Both the position numbers and the translations under genes were made by a program. The notes beneath the pieces were generated by a model. It had not been told where the DNA came from, searched no databases, and was given only the letters and a program-made list of their open reading frames with translations. From Octopus bimaculoides (lineage: Eukaryota): a DNA stretch of 64,000 nt. Of this stretch, positions 40,089-54,142 are shown piece after piece (position 1 is the stretch's first letter; each line of letters begins with the position of its first letter). Location: NCBI RefSeq assembly GCF_001194135.2, contig NC_069004.1:22005415-22069414 (forward strand), in the 5' to 3' direction.

Positions 40089-43000
40089 TTGAACGACTAT
40101 TGAAAGCTTGTGAATACCTAGGGCTACAGGTAGTAACCTGCTACCTATATAAATTCTACCAGGAATAAGAATGAACCTGAGTCAAATCAATCGTAATAAA
40201 TATAATCCTTTCTATTATAGACACAAGGTCTGAAATTTTGGGAGAGATGGGGCTAGTCAATTACATCGATCTCAGTGCTCAAAGTGGTACTTGTTTCATC
40301 AACCCCAAATAAATGAAAGGCAAAGTCAACCTTAGTGGAATTTGAACTTAGAACATAAAGAGTTGGAAGAAATGCTGCTTAGCATTTTGTCTAATATGCT
40401 AATGATTCTGTATGCTCACCATGTTGATAATAATCCGTTCTACTATAGGCACAAGGCTTGAACGTTTGTGGGGGAGGGGGCTAGTTGATTACATCAACTC
40501 CAGTGTGTGATTGGTACTTAATTTATCAACCCTGAAAGGACGAAAGGTAAAGTTGGCCTTAACGGAATTTGAACTCAGAATGTAAATAATAATAATAATA
40601 TAATAATAAATGCCCTGATGCAGTAAAAAAAGGTAAAGTTACCTTCTCAAGTCATGCTGACTCACAAGGGCTGGTTTTCCAGTTTCAATGGCGTATATAT
40701 TTCCAATTTGGATTGGTCCATTGCAGTATTACTCATTTTTGCCAGCTGAGTGGACTGGAACAACATGAAATGAAGTGTTTTGCTTAAGAACACAAGGTGT
40801 CGCCCGGTCCAGGAATCAATACCACAATCTTATAATCATGAGTCCAACACCCTAACCATGAAGCCACGCGCCTCCGCCCTGATGCAATACCAGGCAGTGG
40901 CTCTCATGACTTCTGATTTTAAATTATTGGAATTGTTATAATATACATGTTTTGTCTTGGTATAAAAGATGTGCTACAATAAATATTCTGCTCAATAGCA
41001 CAGATTTGCTTGTCAGTTGTTTGACCTTAACCAGCTGATTATGTCCCTTAGTAACTGATGATATGTACATCTCTATCATGAGCAGGAGTAGTGGAGGAGC
41101 ATCATAGTCATGCGTTGAGGGGAATTCTTTGGAGGTTTGAATAATTTACCTTTGGAAACATGGGTTTTTTGTTCATCATCCTTAAACGAACCTTATTCAG
41201 GGATATTTTGAGCTAGTTGACCTGCAGAAAATTCTAACTGGGCTACACCTGCAAGGTCATACACTGTTTATCTTGATATGAGATCGTGATGTTGCACACA
41301 TATGGTTGTGATGCATGTGCCAGTGTACTCTTATCAGACAGGCCAATGTACCCTTATCAGACAGGTAGTCATGATGGGTATATTGTGCTTTGTATATTTG
41401 TACCCCAGTGTCACTTTGATGGCATGCACTGCTGGTGGCTCAGCAAGGGTGACCTAAAAAAAGAATACTGAAAGCCTAATCATCACTGCCTGGGATCAGG
41501 CATTGAATACCAATTCAGTGAAAAGGGATATATACCACACAAGTGCAACGAATCTCTGCAGAATATGTAGAAAGAGAGTCAAAAGTGTGACTCACATTGT
41601 TAGCGCTTGTGAAAGTCTTGCACAGAAAGAGTACAAGTGTAGACATGTAGCCCCAAACCATCACTGGCTACTATGCCATAAATATGGATATGAGGTAATG
41701 GGTGCTTGGTACCAACAGACACTGGAAAAGGTAATGAATGAAAAGGGGAAGGCAAAATTCCTTTGAGACTTTGACTTCCAAATAGACAAGGTGTTAGAGC
41801 ACCGAAGGCCAGAGATAGTAACCCTTAGGAGGGACAAATAAGAGTGCCTAATAATCAACGTGGCAGTGTCAGGAGATCAACATATTATCATGAAGGAAAG
41901 AGAAAAGATTGGTAAATATGGAGACCTGAGAATTGAGATTGCTAAGATGTGGCAGCTATGAGAGTCAAACATAAAGATTATCCCTATTGTCATTGGAGCA
42001 CTGGGTTCAATATCACCCAAACCCGAATAAAACATCTGGAAACTTTAGAAATACCCTACAATCTAGGTGTGTTGCAAAAATCGGCATTACTTGGAACTGT
42101 ATGCATATTGCATAAAGTACAGGCTGTCTGAAGTCATTGTTGTGACTTGACAGACAGTACAAACCCCTGGTACACACAATATCTTCAATCAACAACAACA
42201 TGATATTGGATACTGTGCAATGTCTTAAATAATAATAATAATAATAATAATAATATCCTAGGAGAATTATGTCTCAGAGCTGATAAGTACTGCTCACATG
42301 ATTAGTTCTGATAGGACCCTATGGAGGAGGTAAAATGAAGACTCTACCCCCACAACCCTTCCAGGAATAGTTGGTAGAGGAAATAAGTTTGAGAATCACT
42401 GCTCAATTCCAGTAATAAAAATGATGCAAGAACTTGTATGGATTGTACCTGGTTGTAAGGGCTACTTTAACCTGTCTCCATATTTAATCACTACCACTGG
42501 ATCCTTGAGTGTAAAATAGTGGAATCTATTCTGTTGCAAGATTTCAAACCAGGTTCCCATTTTCTTCCTCCTTTTGTCCCCAAAGTTTCAGCGGTCCTCA
42601 GTAAAGGATCATTTGTGACAATCCTTTTCTGAATAAACCAGAGAAAAGAAATGGTTACATTTAATGTTACATTATTTTTCAGGTTATTTACATTAATCTT
42701 TCAGTAAAGCCAGTTATATATAGTGAATGACAGCAGAGCCAAATGAGTTTTCAGCAAACTAAATAGGCATAGTTTCTTATCTTTTTCGTAGTTTCCACTT
42801 TTGTTTTTTATCAATTATATAGTGTTCCTTTTGCTTTGTATAAGACATCAATATTTTCAACAAACATGAAATTGCTTAAATATCATACCTACATCATGAT
42901 AGTAGTAATAGTAGCAGTAGTAGTAGTGACAGCAGCAGAAAAAGAAGCGAGGAGGCAGAATGTCTTTGAACTAACAGTGGGAATATGATGGTGAGCATCT

Positions 43001-43161
43001 TCAAGTTATACAAGACCGTATTATCCAATGTAGCCCTTTTTTCCATTTTGTAAGACAGGAGGTTGAGATTTGAGAAGATTTTAAGAACCCATATATATAT
43101 ACACATTATATATACATATATACAATATATATACATATATACAATATATATATATATATAT

Positions 43162-43235
<74 letters not shown>

Positions 43236-44492
43236 ATATATATATATATACAATATATACAATATATATATATATACATGGTTTCAAATTTAGTACAAGG
43301 TCAGCATTGAGCAAAGTGTTCAGCTGGTATGTATTTTTTATTGGCTCCAAAAGAATGAAAGACAAAGTCGACCTTGGTAGAATTTGAATCCAACATTTAT
43401 ATACATACATATACATAGTCATATATACATACATACATACATACATATGCATGTGTGGATATATATATATATGTACGTGTGTGTATGCATGTGTGCTTTG
43501 CATGAGTGTAATATAAATGATAACAGGTTGGTCATTCAACACAATGCCACACAGGGGATATCACAAACATTTTTAAAATGAATTAATATATTTATTAACA
43601 AAAAGGAAAAAAGATTGTTAATTCACACAATATAGCAAACAAAAACAGTAGCATTACCAGGATGAAAACCATAGCGGAAGCATTCTCAGATACCACTGTG
43701 CAAAATACAAGGGAAAGGGATAAATTGGGAACTTAAAGGAAAAAAAAAAAAGAACAAAAAAATGAAACAATTTGCAACTTATTAAAATTTCAATACAAAA
43801 CAAACAAAACCAGCAGCAAATTATATTGGAACTGCAACCAAGATACACACAGACATGGTTTTATTATTTTGATTTCTTCAATTTCCAAACACAACAAAAC
43901 TAGATTAGTTTAATGTAAATCAAACATCATATGGGAAAGTAGTATGAACAAAAACCTTCTTTTAAAAAATAATGAAAAATAATAGTAGTGGCTTGATATT
44001 CAGCATACAAAACTGGCTGAATCACTAACATAACTATTGCATAAATGTGATGATGATAATAATAATAATCCTTTCTACTATAGGTACAAGGCCTGAAATC
44101 TTGGAGGAGGGGATTAAGTTGATTACATCGACCCCAGTGCTCAACTGGTACTTAATTTATCAACCTTGAAAGGACGAAAAGCAAAGTTGACTTTGGTGGA
44201 ATTTGAACTCAGAACCTAGCAACAGACGAAATACTGCTAAGCATTTCGCCCAGCATGCTAACGGTTCTGCCAGTTTGCTGTCTTAAAATAATAATTCTTT
44301 CTACTAAAGGCACAAGGCCTGAAATTTATGGCGAGGAAACTAGTCAATTACATCAAACCCTAGAGAAACACTGGTATTTAATTTATTGACCCTGAAAGGA
44401 TGAGAGGCAAAGTTGACTCAGAACATAAAGACAGACGAAATACTGCTAAGCATTTTGCCCGGCATGCTAGTGATTCAGCCAGCTTGCTGCCT

Positions 44493-44534
<42 letters not shown>

Positions 44535-44738
44535 CCACAAGGCCAACAATTTTGGTGGAGTGGCTAAGTTGATTTATATCAACCCCAGTGCCCAACTGGT
44601 ACTTATTTTATTGACCCCGAAAGGATGAAAACTAGGCTGACCCTGGTGGAATTGAACTCAGAACATGAAGATGGATGAAATGTCACTAAACATTTTGTCC
44701 AGCATGCTAACAATTCTGCCAGCTCACCACCATTTGTG

Positions 44739-44790
<52 letters not shown>

Positions 44791-45842
44791 TGTTCCTAAC
44801 ATAGGCATAAAGCCTGAAATTTTGCAGAGTGGGACTTAGTTGATACCACAGACTCTAGCATTTGACTGGTACTTATTTTATTTACCTTAAAAGGTCAATA
44901 TGACCCCCCAGAATAAGGAGCCAGAACAAATACTGCATGGTATTCTCTGATTCTCTGCCAATCCACTACCTTAACAATGATAAAAGTTATTTTCTTATAT
45001 AGGCACAAGGCCAGAAAATTTGTTGAATGGTTAAATTGTCTCAGGTATATGACTGCTACTTTATTTTATCTACTCCTAAATGAATGAAAGTTAAAGTTGG
45101 TCATGGTAAGATACACAAAGGAACATGACTGCCACAATACTAAAGATTCTACCAATACAACATAATACTATTAGTAATAACAACAATAATCATTTATTTA
45201 TTAGCCACAAGAGTAAAGAATGAATAAAATGACATGTAGTGATGTAGGAGCATTAACAGGTTAGGATGTGGGAGGTAGAGGGGAAGAGGGAACTAAAAAT
45301 AGTGAAATACAATATAATGGCAAAAAATGAAATATTGGAAAAAAAAAAAGCAAAAACATTCAGTTATTGTTTTAGTTTAGAAATAGTGAACCCCACCCCA
45401 AAATCAATATTTTTAAACACCCTCCTCCTATATCCTAAAGAAATAAAAAAAAGGCATACAGACATTCATGAAAAAATATTGAAAGATACTTTGAAAGACT
45501 ACAAGGGGTTTCAAACCGAAACAATAATAATAAAGATTTCTTACATAAGTACAAAACCAGAAATTTGGGGAAAGGAAACAGTCAATTATTCTGACTCCCA
45601 GTATTTGATTGGTACCTTATTTTATTGATCCTCAGAAGGATGGAAAGCAAAGCTGATCTTGGCAGGATTTGAACTCAGAGAAAATAGTCTCAGGACAAAT
45701 AGCAGCAAGGGGCATTGCATCTGAAGTTCTAATACTTCTGCCAATTCACCACTTTTAAAATAATTTCTAATATAAGCTTATGCTCATACCATTTTATATC
45801 TATTATTATATATGTGTATATTATGTATTTTATATATGTATA

Positions 45843-45880
<38 letters not shown>

Positions 45881-48800
45881 CATTGACACCGGATGAATGA
45901 AAGGCAAAAGTGATATTGGCAGAGTTTGAACTAAGAGTGTAAAGAGCCAGACCAGATACTACTTGTATAATTCAGCCAATCAATTGTCATTAAACAGTGC
46001 TAACCTTGGCTTGATTTGAACTCATATTGATAGAGACAGAATTAGATACTGTAAATTTCACAAAATTTCAAAGTTGACATAAAACTGCCTTTGGCCACCA
46101 TTTCCAGTGATAATAGATGTGAGGAGAGATTGGAGTATCTTAAATTTTCCGTAAATACAGAAGAGATGGAAGACAAGAATGGGTACAGCAAGGATTTGTT
46201 ATTTTTTGTTTTACTATATTTTTTTNNNNNNNNNNNNNNNNNNNNNNNNNNNNNNNNNNNNNNNNNNNNNNNNNNNNNNNNNNNNNNNNNNNNNNNNNNN
46301 NNNNNNNNNNNNNNNNNNNNNNNNNNNNNNNNNNNNNNNNNNNNNNNNNNNNNNNNNNNNNNNNNNNNNNGTACTTATTTTAATGACCCCAAAAGGATCA
46401 TCATCATCATTGTTTAACGTCCGCTTTCCATGCTAGCATGGGTTGGACGATTTGACTGAGGACTGGTGAAACCGGATGGCAACACCAGGCTCCAATCTAA
46501 TTTGGCAGAGTTTCTACAGCTGGATGCCCTTCCTAACGCCAACCACTCAGAGAGTGTAGTGGGTGCTTTTACGTGTCACCTGCACGAAAACGGCCACGCT
46601 CGAAATGGTGTCTTTTATGTGCCACCCGCACAAGAGCCAGTCCAGGGGCACTGGCAACGATCTCGCTCGAAAACCCTACAAGGATCATCTTTGGCAGAAT
46701 AATTTTAATAATATTGCAATTAATAAAAATGGCAATCCCTAGAGATTGTATATGTTGATGAAGCTACAATTGAACAACTATGGGAATAATTAATTAACCA
46801 AGAAGCATCTATCCAGTCACTAAATCTGCTAGAATTATCAGCTAAATTTCCTTTAAATCATTTCTCACCATTTTAAAAATGGAAAAAACATATTACAGAA
46901 TTGTTCAATAAATATAAAAGATTGTTATGGCAAGAACACCTGTGATTATAAGCCTTTACAGCTGTCCTGGCCTAAACAACACTATTATGGTTTCTAATAC
47001 AGACATTTTTTTGTTCTTTAGATTGGTGAGAAGGGAGGAAGTTAGACTACTCAAATCAGAGAAATGTCTGGAAAGCTTGCATGCATCTTATAAATGGGTG
47101 TGTATTCTCTGATTAAGCTTTAAGAAAACAAAAAATTAATTAGATAAATGCCACTTTATATTTCTACCTGAAGAGAGATAAAGGCATCTAATGGTAATAT
47201 TAATCCAGGCAATGGATTAAGTAAATCTTTACCAAACAGCCAAATTGTATATGTTTGAATATTAAATTATTGGTGTGTTTATAGTGTTTTGTTTCATTGC
47301 TATAATGCTCTATTGGACATATAATCATCATCATCATCATTTTAATGTCCACTTTTCCATGCAAGATTGGAGTTTAATTAAGGAAATTTTATATGGCCAG
47401 ATCCCTTCCTGTTGTCAACCCTCACCTGTTTCCAAGTAAGTTAATATTTCTTTGTGGCTAAACATGTTTTATCAGAATATTAGAAATGAATGACTCTGCT
47501 TGTTTCACTGTCATGTGAAACTCATTTACAATTATTGTGTGATATCAAGATAAGAAGACCCCCCCCCCCCACACACACACATACAAATACAAATACATGC
47601 ATCTTCCAGTTTCTTATTTCTTTACTGCCCACAAGGGGCTACACACAGAGGGGACAAAAAAGGACAGACAAATGGATTAAGTCGATTACATCGACCCCCA
47701 GTGTGTAACTGGTACTTATTTAATCAACCCTGAAAGGATGAAAGGCAAAATTGACCTCGGCGGAATCTGAACTCAGAACGTAGCGGTAGACGAAATATCG
47801 CTAAGCATTTCGCTCGGCGTGCTAACGTTTCTGCCAGCTCACCACCTATACACCTTCCAGTTTCTGTCTACCAAATCCATTCACAAAGCTTTGGTTAGCC
47901 CAAGGCTAGAATTGAAAATGTACCATGCAGCGGAACTGAACCCAAAACTATGTGGTTCAGAAGCAAATTTCTTAATGACACAGCTATAGCTTGATGTAGT
48001 ATTAGCCAACACTGTGTGATGTTCATGGAGAGAAAAAAAAAGGGACTAGTTGTACTTGTACATATCTCCTTCAGTTGGGATCTTTGTTAGCAGTTGTGCA
48101 CTCTCTTTAACAATCCGAAAACCAATTTACTTATAAAGCCACTAATGTTAGTAGAAGTTGATGTAAACAGAGTAGAGCAATTTTGCATATTTAACACTGT
48201 TTTGGTGGCTAGTTTGAACATGAAATTACTAATGTTTTAACAGTGTTTCATTCCATTGCATTTTATAGATTTAGATTATACATATTATATAGATATTACA
48301 TTTACCATTGGTTGATAAATCTACAGATATATTTTATAATATATTACAGCAATGAAACAAAGCACTTACACACCAGAAAGTTAATGTTCAAACTATCTGC
48401 CAAGATGTAAATTAATCAATCTCGTTTATTTCAGCACCTAACCATAATGGGTTTATAAGCAGTGTGTGTTTGTGGATAGTAAAGGAGGGTACACAGTTGC
48501 TGCTGATGATCAACACATGAATATATAGCTATCTCCTCTTTTCTCTCCAATTTATAGAAATGTTCTGTAGCATATCATAGCATTGAAGAGGTTGCAAATA
48601 GCAAACAACCAATTGTTTAACCAGCACATTAAACAAATAATTGATTAGTTAATTGGTTAGATATTTAACTAAGTGACTAACAATAAAGAAGTGATATTGA
48701 ATCAGTGCATCTGTTTATTATTATTGGCATGATGATCTTCCCAAGACAAGTTTTTAGTATATGAAAGCTTATGGAAGGCCCTACTTCATATATAGAATCT

Positions 48801-51800
48801 GGGGTGATATTTTGTATATTTATTTGGAAAAAGTGTGTCTTATATGCCATCAAACATGGTAGTTTGTATTTTTATGAACCTATAACATTTACTTTATATT
48901 GACACAAGCCATTGTGGGAGCCTGTATGTGCTTACTCAACCAGCTAGGTATAGCAGTCAAATCTCCACCAAATTTAATTAAACTATCATCTTAAAAAATA
49001 AGATGAGATGGTCATAGGTCTGTTTGAGTAGGGACTAAATAACAATATTGGGTCTATACTGCAGTTATTGTATTTGCAATACATAAAACATATAGCTTAT
49101 TAATACTGCTTCTGCCACTAATATATATTTATACAGCTTGTATTTGTAGAAACCTGTATTACTATATATAGTACATGGCAGTTTTTTTGTAATCACTGCT
49201 GTTATTAGAGAGAAAGAGAATACATTTTAAAGGACTTTGCTGAACAGCTATGATGACAATGATCATATTCTTTACACCAGGCCAGCAAAAATATTAGACC
49301 AATATAAATATCAATTTGAAAGGGAAAAGGGACTGATCAATTATCTTGTGCAGATAATTAAAAGAGCAGAAACAAATTATATTTCCTAACGTAATTTTAG
49401 AGTCCATGATGAGCTGAGAGAAAAACTGAGTTTATATTCAGGAATCAGATGACAACTGCATTGATACATGTCGATATCAATCAATATCATTGATGACAAA
49501 TGAATAAAGGAATGCCAGAAGGTCCATGTAGAAGGGACCAGTGGAAATGGAAGACCCAGGAAGATTGAGGAAGACAAAATAATGCAACAAGTGGCAACAT
49601 GATGACATGATGAAAGAAAGGACCTGTACTAGCCGAGCAATCTTGGAAAATGGATGTAAAATGATGATGATGATGAGGAAGAGGAGGAGGAATTTGAGGT
49701 AATGGAATGGCAGATGCTCTGCAATGTAGTTGGTGATAAATTTGCTAAGCAAGTGAGAGGTTTGACTCTGATTCTTTTTTTTTATCTCAAATTGGTGCTT
49801 ATATTATGATATGATTTACATTAAAATATTAGTTTCAAATTTTGGTACAAGGCCAGCAATTTCAGGACAGGAGGTAAGTCAATTACATCGATCCCAGCGC
49901 TCCAATGAAAGGATGAAAGGTAAAGTTGATCTTGGCAGAATTTGAACTCAGAACATAAAGACAGATGAAATGCTGTGAACATTTTGCCCAGCAAGCTAAC
50001 AATTTTGCCAGCTTGCCACCCTAGATTTACATTAAAATATTAGCAGTTGTTATTAAACTCTAGACCAATGCTGACAGAACAGAAGGCCAATGGTCAAAGA
50101 TGGTCCATCGATAACCATCATGTGTATCTAAGAATACACAAGCAGTTATTTTCTTCCATTGCATTCTGCTGTTGTCAATCCACAGCATGTTTATTGCCAG
50201 CATACTTTTGCTGGTTGTAAGCATACATACTTATGCTGGCCAACTGTGGGTTGGATGATATGCTCCCATAGTCGGGTAGTTAGATCTGGCTACTGACAAT
50301 TAGGTGGAATCTGAACTCATAAACAAACAAGCAGAACAGATACTGTAAGTCATGTCATCCAATGCTTTAAACCAGTGATTCTCAACTATTTTTTTACCTA
50401 TAGATCCCTTTGATTCCTATTTTGCTCCACTGGACCCTCATATCCATTCAATGTTTTAAAAAAATCCTATTATATCTTTATAGTTAATAATATTAGGAAT
50501 TATATTTAAAAATTGTTAAAAATATTTTGTGTATTGTAGAAGTATGAGCAATTTATTGTTCATAAACAACAAAATCTTACATGGACCTCGGTTGAGAACC
50601 ACTGCTCAAAACAATTGCATCAATTCACTGGAACTGTATTTATCAAGCCACCCAAAAAGAATGAAAAGCAAAGTTTATTTTCACTCTTCACATTCACTGA
50701 AGTAAATGTCATTCCACTTGGAGGTACCCTTCTCTTCAAAGTTGATAAAATGAATTACCAGTCCAGAGCAGCAGTAGATGGTCAAAATTGTTAGAGCATT
50801 GGGCAAGATGCCTGACAGTATTTGTTCTGGCTTCTTGGGGTAGCAGAATTAATCCACCATCATCCATTTTAACACCACCACCTTGGTCCTTGGGTACCCT
50901 TAGTGGAGTTCACTCAGCTGCAAGTATTTAGGCCAGATCTTCATTTGAATATAACTTCCTCCTATCAATCTTGAAGATATCAAACAATAATGGATCATTA
51001 GTACTATTTTTATCTGACTAACAAAGAAAAAAGTAAAAACAAAACAAAAAAAAACAAAAATGAAAAAACAATGCTGTACAACTATGTGTTTATGGCTTCT
51101 TTATGCTACATATTTTGGATCAGATTGCATAAGATAAACATGTAGCAGTTCCATTTTAGTATTTCATGTATTGAGGCTAAATCAGTCAGCCATTGTCTAC
51201 ATTTTAAGTAATATCTTATTAAAAAATAAATGTAACATACTCCAGCAATAGTTTTCAAATTTATGTATATATCATTATTATGCTAGTGGTGTTCTTCATT
51301 TCCAATTTTCCAAGTCATGTCTGGTCATGAAGAAATATTATTTTACTTGGAAACAAGTAGGGTTGGTGACAGGAAGAGCATCTGGCTATGGAAAAAAATC
51401 TACCTCAACAAATTCCATCTGACCCATGTGAACATAGAAAAGTGGATGTTAGATGATGATGACGATAATGATGATGCAAACGTGGTTTCCAAAAAGTATT
51501 TTTTGATGTTATATTTAGCTACACCCCCATCTTCAGGCATTTATAAACAAAAATGAAAGTATTGAAAATAATAATGTTTTTTAAAAAAACTGGTCTTGAA
51601 AAAGTGAATAAAAAAGAGAATGAAATTAATTTCAAAATGAACAAAATAAAGAAAAACAAAAAAATAACTAGTGATTAATTCTATTTTATTGATCTTCCCA
51701 TAAAAAAAAACAAGCAAAAAAAAAACACAAACTAATAAAAATAAATTAAAATGTTTCAAAAGTAAGACAAATAAAAATAAAAGAATAAAAGTAATAGAAA

Positions 51801-54108
51801 ATTTATTTAGAAACCAGACATAACTTATAATTAATGCTTGTGTTAATTAGTTCAGATATTGATACAAGAATTCTGAAGAAAATTCTTTAATCCCACCTGT
51901 GTCTGTTAGATCTATTCTTCATTCTTTCTTTCTCCAGATTAAATATATATATATATATATATATATAAGAGAAAGAGTTATGGATTTTAAGAGATTCTAT
52001 TTAGGGTACCAAACTAAATGCTGAATGAAGTGTTTGATAGTTTATGTCTTGCCACAAGCACTGTGCAATGTATATCCCCCACTATAGCAGAGACACTTCA
52101 TTTTCAACTACTCCATCCATCTAACTATAGATAGGTACAACAGGTGAGTATGACTCACGGTTGTACAAAGTAGGAGCACAGAACAATTAATGAGTGATTG
52201 CTAGATAACAAAGCAAGCAGTGCTTGTATGAACTTTACTTCTTTAGTGGTAGTAGAAGCCCATGCATAGCAGACACTTAATTCTAACTAAATTCTATGGT
52301 TGCCATCATACCAAAGTAGTTTTGATCTAAATGGATGCTTGGCAACTCCCAATCAGCAGTATTTGTTATGAAGTGAAGGTGACCAGGCTGATTGACAACA
52401 GGGAAGAGAGAGAGAGAGAGAAACTACATGGGAAGCTTTGAGATGATCATACCTTTCTCAAAGGCATCACTACATATATAGTGCAATGGCTCCAATTCAG
52501 GACTGAAATCAAAAGTCACAGATACAGCTCACCAGGAGCTGATCTTTTAAACTGTGGTGCTTGCCACAACTTCAAGTGTACATATTTGTCTTGGACAGTT
52601 AACAGAAGGGAGAGAAAGAAAATGTATTTATGGAGATTTATTTCATATATTTATTCATTTTATTGCAAATGGCACCATTAGTTATAGGTTTCCAATGGGT
52701 TAATCCCAAGTTCACTACATTTCTGACAGTGAGAAGGAGAAGGGAGGTCTATAACTTGATGCAGAACAAATATCTCAAAGAATTTTATTCATTAAAGCAT
52801 TTATTTTTTTACTCTTTTGCTGATGTTTATATCCTTCACTGCTATACATTAGTAAAAGACACAAACATACATAATATATACAGACACTAACAGCCACATA
52901 TATATATATATATATATGATAGACTTCTGCATAGTTTTTGCCCACCAAATTCCACTTACAAGGAATTGGTTAACCCAAGGCTATTGCAGAAGATACTTGC
53001 ACCAGCTGTGGTGCCATGCTGCAGAATTGAATCCATTGATTCGGTGTGGTTTGCAAAGCATGATGTTCAAGTGTTTCTCAAGAGGCATTATTAAGCCTTT
53101 CAACTAAATATCATATTTGTTGTTGTTGTTGTTTGTTTTTATGAATTAGCAGTGAAGGTTTGTTATTGTAAAATCATGTTTAACCATAATAAACAACAAT
53201 CTAAAACAGAACAGAGTAATGGAACTACATTTGTTTATCAGGCAAAATACATGCTTATTACAGCACTGCAGTTGCTTTGTAGAAGTTCCTAATGCCTGTC
53301 CTGTCTAAGGGCTTAGGCTTAAAAACAAAAACTACTGGCATTTCAGACAATGTCATTTTATGTCTCAATTTTTCTTTCATGCACACTAGGAAAGAGAAGT
53401 AAGAGAGGAAGAGAGAAAATCCTGGATTCATGCTTTTCGTAAGTACCTTAGAAACACAAGTGAAATAACTACAACTTGGAATCAAAACGCAATGGTGGTG
53501 GTGGTGGTGGTTGGAAGGAAAAAGAGAAAGAGTGGTCTTGGCTCACCGGGAGCATACCACCAACACAATACTATTGTGCTCACTATACATTCATATATAC
53601 ATAGCAGTATTATCATATGAGTAGATTTTCTGCTTCATTTTTATATAGTTATTTATATTTATTTTTTGTGGGGTTAGGAAATGGGGATGTGAATAATATT
53701 TCTGATAATATTTGCAGGTTCAAATATTAAAATACATACAAGGAGCTAGTAATAATAATATTAATTTAATTAATAATAATAGTAATAATGATAATAATGA
53801 TTTGGCACAAAACCATGAATAGACTTGATAATATCAACCCCAGTACTTCTCTGCTATAATAACAATAATAATGATAATAATTTACAATATTGGCACAAAG
53901 TTAGAAATTTTGGTGGGAGAGGGAAGAGTAGTTAGATCAATCTCCTCTCCATACTTCACTGATATTTTATTTTAAACTATCCTAGAAAGATGAAGGCAAA
54001 TTTGATCTCAGCAGGATTTGAACTCAAAATGTAACTAAATACTTTAAGATATTTTTATCCAGTATTCTACTGACTTTATCAAACCATCTTCATACAATAA
54101 CAACAACA

Positions 54109-54142
<34 letters not shown>

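Noticed and set aside
43680-43695. GGT ATC TGA that would read G-I-W if the UGA were edited
   Set aside because: Wrong phase for splicing from DEQ|, and the next residue is E, not A
44065-45140. CRISPR-like repeat-spacer array
   Set aside because: Eukaryotic context; units are roughly 200-bp SINE copies separated by (AAT)n, not short repeats with unique spacers
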